From Ramazzottius varieornatus (Eukaryota; Animalia; Tardigrada): a stretch of DNA of 64,000 bases. Under the pieces are notes generated by a model. The model had not been told where the DNA came from and searched no databases. It worked only from the letters and a program-made list of their open reading frames with translations. Position numbers and translations under genes: made by a program. The DNA is taken from contig BDGG01000004.1 in NCBI GenBank assembly GCA_001949185.1, positions 4,063,777-4,127,776 of the forward strand, in the 5' to 3' direction. Shown here piece after piece: positions 61,901 through 64,000 of the stretch (within the stretch, counting starts at the first letter, position 1; every line of letters starts with the position of its first letter).

Positions 61901-62454
61901 CATATATGGAAAAGTCTTGAGTGACTTTGTTAGGTTGATCATTACCACATGCAAGGCCAACCAGAAAGACGCAGATCCAAGCAGAACTCGCGTCCATGCC
62001 ACTTCGAAGCCAATCCAGACTGGACTGCTTCTTGGCTTGGTTGAACCGCCGATGTCGCTGACGGTCCATGGCGTTATCCCGCAGCCAGTCGATCGTGTGA
62101 AAGTCATCGTACTTCGCGAAAACTCTTTGCGCGTTGTGGCTTTCAGAACCTGAAGACCAATGGCACGTTTCGCAGTAACCGTACTTCTTAGCTATTTACC
62201 ATGGTGGTCGATCAAAAGTAATCTTTCAGTGTGCACATCCCGAACCTACCTCGCCATACAAGACCAGAAACAAAAGAGTAATTTCTTGATTCACCCTCAA
62301 GGGCATCGAGAGGAGGTTCCGGTGGGTCCTCGCGATGCTCATTATCGGTTGTCATCTCCACATCAAATGGATTGAAGTGAACAGCATTCTGAGAGCTGAT
62401 GCGTTTCGAATCCAGTTCATTGAGGTCCATCGATACCCATTTACCTTCGTCCAT
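58982..62454 (-). CDS. CLCN3: Endosomal 2Cl-/H+ exchanger of the ClC-3/4/5 clade with two CBS domains, multi-exon
   Basis: '[12 protein letters not shown]', '[21 protein letters not shown]', 'GKEGP' (gating Glu), 'GVLFSLEE' (proton Glu), 'GVFIP', 'GFPIVVSRE', 'LLGIITKKD'. Confidence 0.95.
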
Positions 62455-63774
62455 TGTGAGGAGAAGACTTCGGGGTGTATACTTTAGCACAGCAGTAGCT
62501 GTCTGTCTAGCGAACTATCATCCACTATGAAGCCTTAATACGAGAAGCATTTCCGATCAGCTTGATCCTCTTTCGTCCGCTTTCATTGTACCATCCTGAG
62601 GCTGAAGCAAGAAACGCTCCATGAATACGTTTACCAGTCCGTTTACTACAGGTCTTCTGCGAACATACAGCTCTCGAGAAAGGGTCCAAAGAAAATAGGT
62701 CGCTTACCAGACTAGGCCTCAGCTTCATGCAACGTGATGTAGGCGGTTCCGGGACGTCCACGTCTTCAGTCTGAAAGCAGCGTCAGCACATAAGGAATAG
62801 CCAGATCGACGGAACTAATCTTCCGTACGAAGCGGGAAAGTACCTGAAGAGGAATGGATTGTTGTGGACATAAGGATTCTAAGCTAACTAAGCCTTATGA
62901 GGAAATTGTTGGATTCCACCTTAAAAGCACACAAGGAATTGCGATTTGTGTGGATGCTCTGATTGGTTTGTCCCCGATGGCATTCCACCTGTTTGCTTGT
63001 TTCGTGTTGCTGCAACCATTGATTTTCTGAGTTGGCTTGAAAGACGAAACTAAATCAGGAAATCAAGCTTCCCAAAGAACTTGGTTTGCGGAGACACGCC
63101 CTGTGTCTCTTTCGCTTCCGTTTACTTTTTTTTGGAATTCCTGATCTGCGGGCCGGGAAGGAAACAAAATCTTCCTGTTATCCTATCTTCCAAGTATCGC
63201 GGTTGATCCTGTCCTCCGTCTTATTCCCTGCCCTCTGGATTTCGGGCCTTCGGACCAGACCAAGCAACGGCCACGTCCATATCGGCCTGCAGACTCCAGC
63301 GTCGGCTTGACCTCGTGTAAATATCCTCTTCACCTCACAGGATACTAATTGGGTTTACCGATCTCCGGTGAGTCATTCAGAGCCGCAATATCGTTCTGTC
63401 ACGACAACTCATGCTTGCTCTGTTCATATAACTGCATTTCATAGGTTTGCCTCGTAGGGGAGATCATCATATTAAACCTTGCCGCTACACAGATGTTATC
63501 AGTTTAAGTCTCAGAAGGAGGATCCCTTCACGTGGCATATGAACAATTAAACATCTAGCAACAACGGAAGCGTGCTCTTGAATTCTATCTGCTCCAACTG
63601 GTGGGCACTTCTTTGTCTTCAGAATCTGTTGTTACCTGAGTTGTTTGGTGCGCTTGGTGTTATTCTGTGCCAGCTTTGTTCGGGTTTGAACATGACCGAT
63701 ACTATCATGTGATAACGATATGAGCATATGAAACTCTAACCTGCTTTCTTTTGTTTCAGATCCCCGCCGTCACG

Positions 63775-64000
63775 ATGCTCGAGGATTCTGAATCGACCAC
63801 GGAGATTCCTATTGAGAATGAAATAGAGAAGCTTCGTGCAGAAACGGTCGACCTGGAAGATGCGCCGTTGATTGTGGACATTTCGGACGCCGTCAGCGAA
63901 CGTGACAAAGTCAAATTTACCGTTCACACTCGAACGACTCTGCCAGCTTTCCGCAAGACTGAGTTCTCTGTTGTCCGAGAACATGAAGAATTCGTCTGGC
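63775..64000 (+). CDS. SNX6: Sorting nexin 5/6 (PX domain start; truncated by window end)
   Basis: '[26 protein letters not shown]...[12 protein letters not shown]'; absent from the ORF track because it runs off the window. Confidence 0.92.
   Translation, partial: MLEDSESTTEIPIENEIEKLRAETVDLEDAPLIVDISDAVSERDKVKFTVHTRTTLPAFRKTEFSVVREHEEFVW

Overview
Compact, intron-rich eukaryotic (metazoan) DNA with introns mostly 60-250 nt. The gene density and style suggest a small invertebrate genome, possibly a tardigrade; this is inference. About 14 conserved spliced genes are recognisable: two convergent tetraspanins, ALKBH8, AP-3 beta, SEC22, RPF1, Epac/RAPGEF4, threonine dehydratase, an SLC35A nucleotide-sugar transporter, METTL22, roadblock dynein light chain, FAM114A, a ClC-3/4/5 exchanger and the 5' end of SNX5/6. 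A ~16 kb accessory island (42.7-58.6 kb) interrupts them. It holds a three-layer nested DNA transposon (a hAT-type shell with an 8-bp TSD carrying a pogo-like element and an intron-containing hAT transposase pseudogene), several MITEs, a second pogo-like element, an apparently intact ~659-aa ankyrin protein with a C-terminal BC/Cullin-box-like motif, and a spliced orphan gene. Many introns carry short fold-back elements. Two assembly gaps are present (35773-36597, 44728-44777). No rRNA, tRNA or CRISPR array was supported. All gene models were assembled by eye from GT-AG sites and reading-frame phase, and no database search was run.
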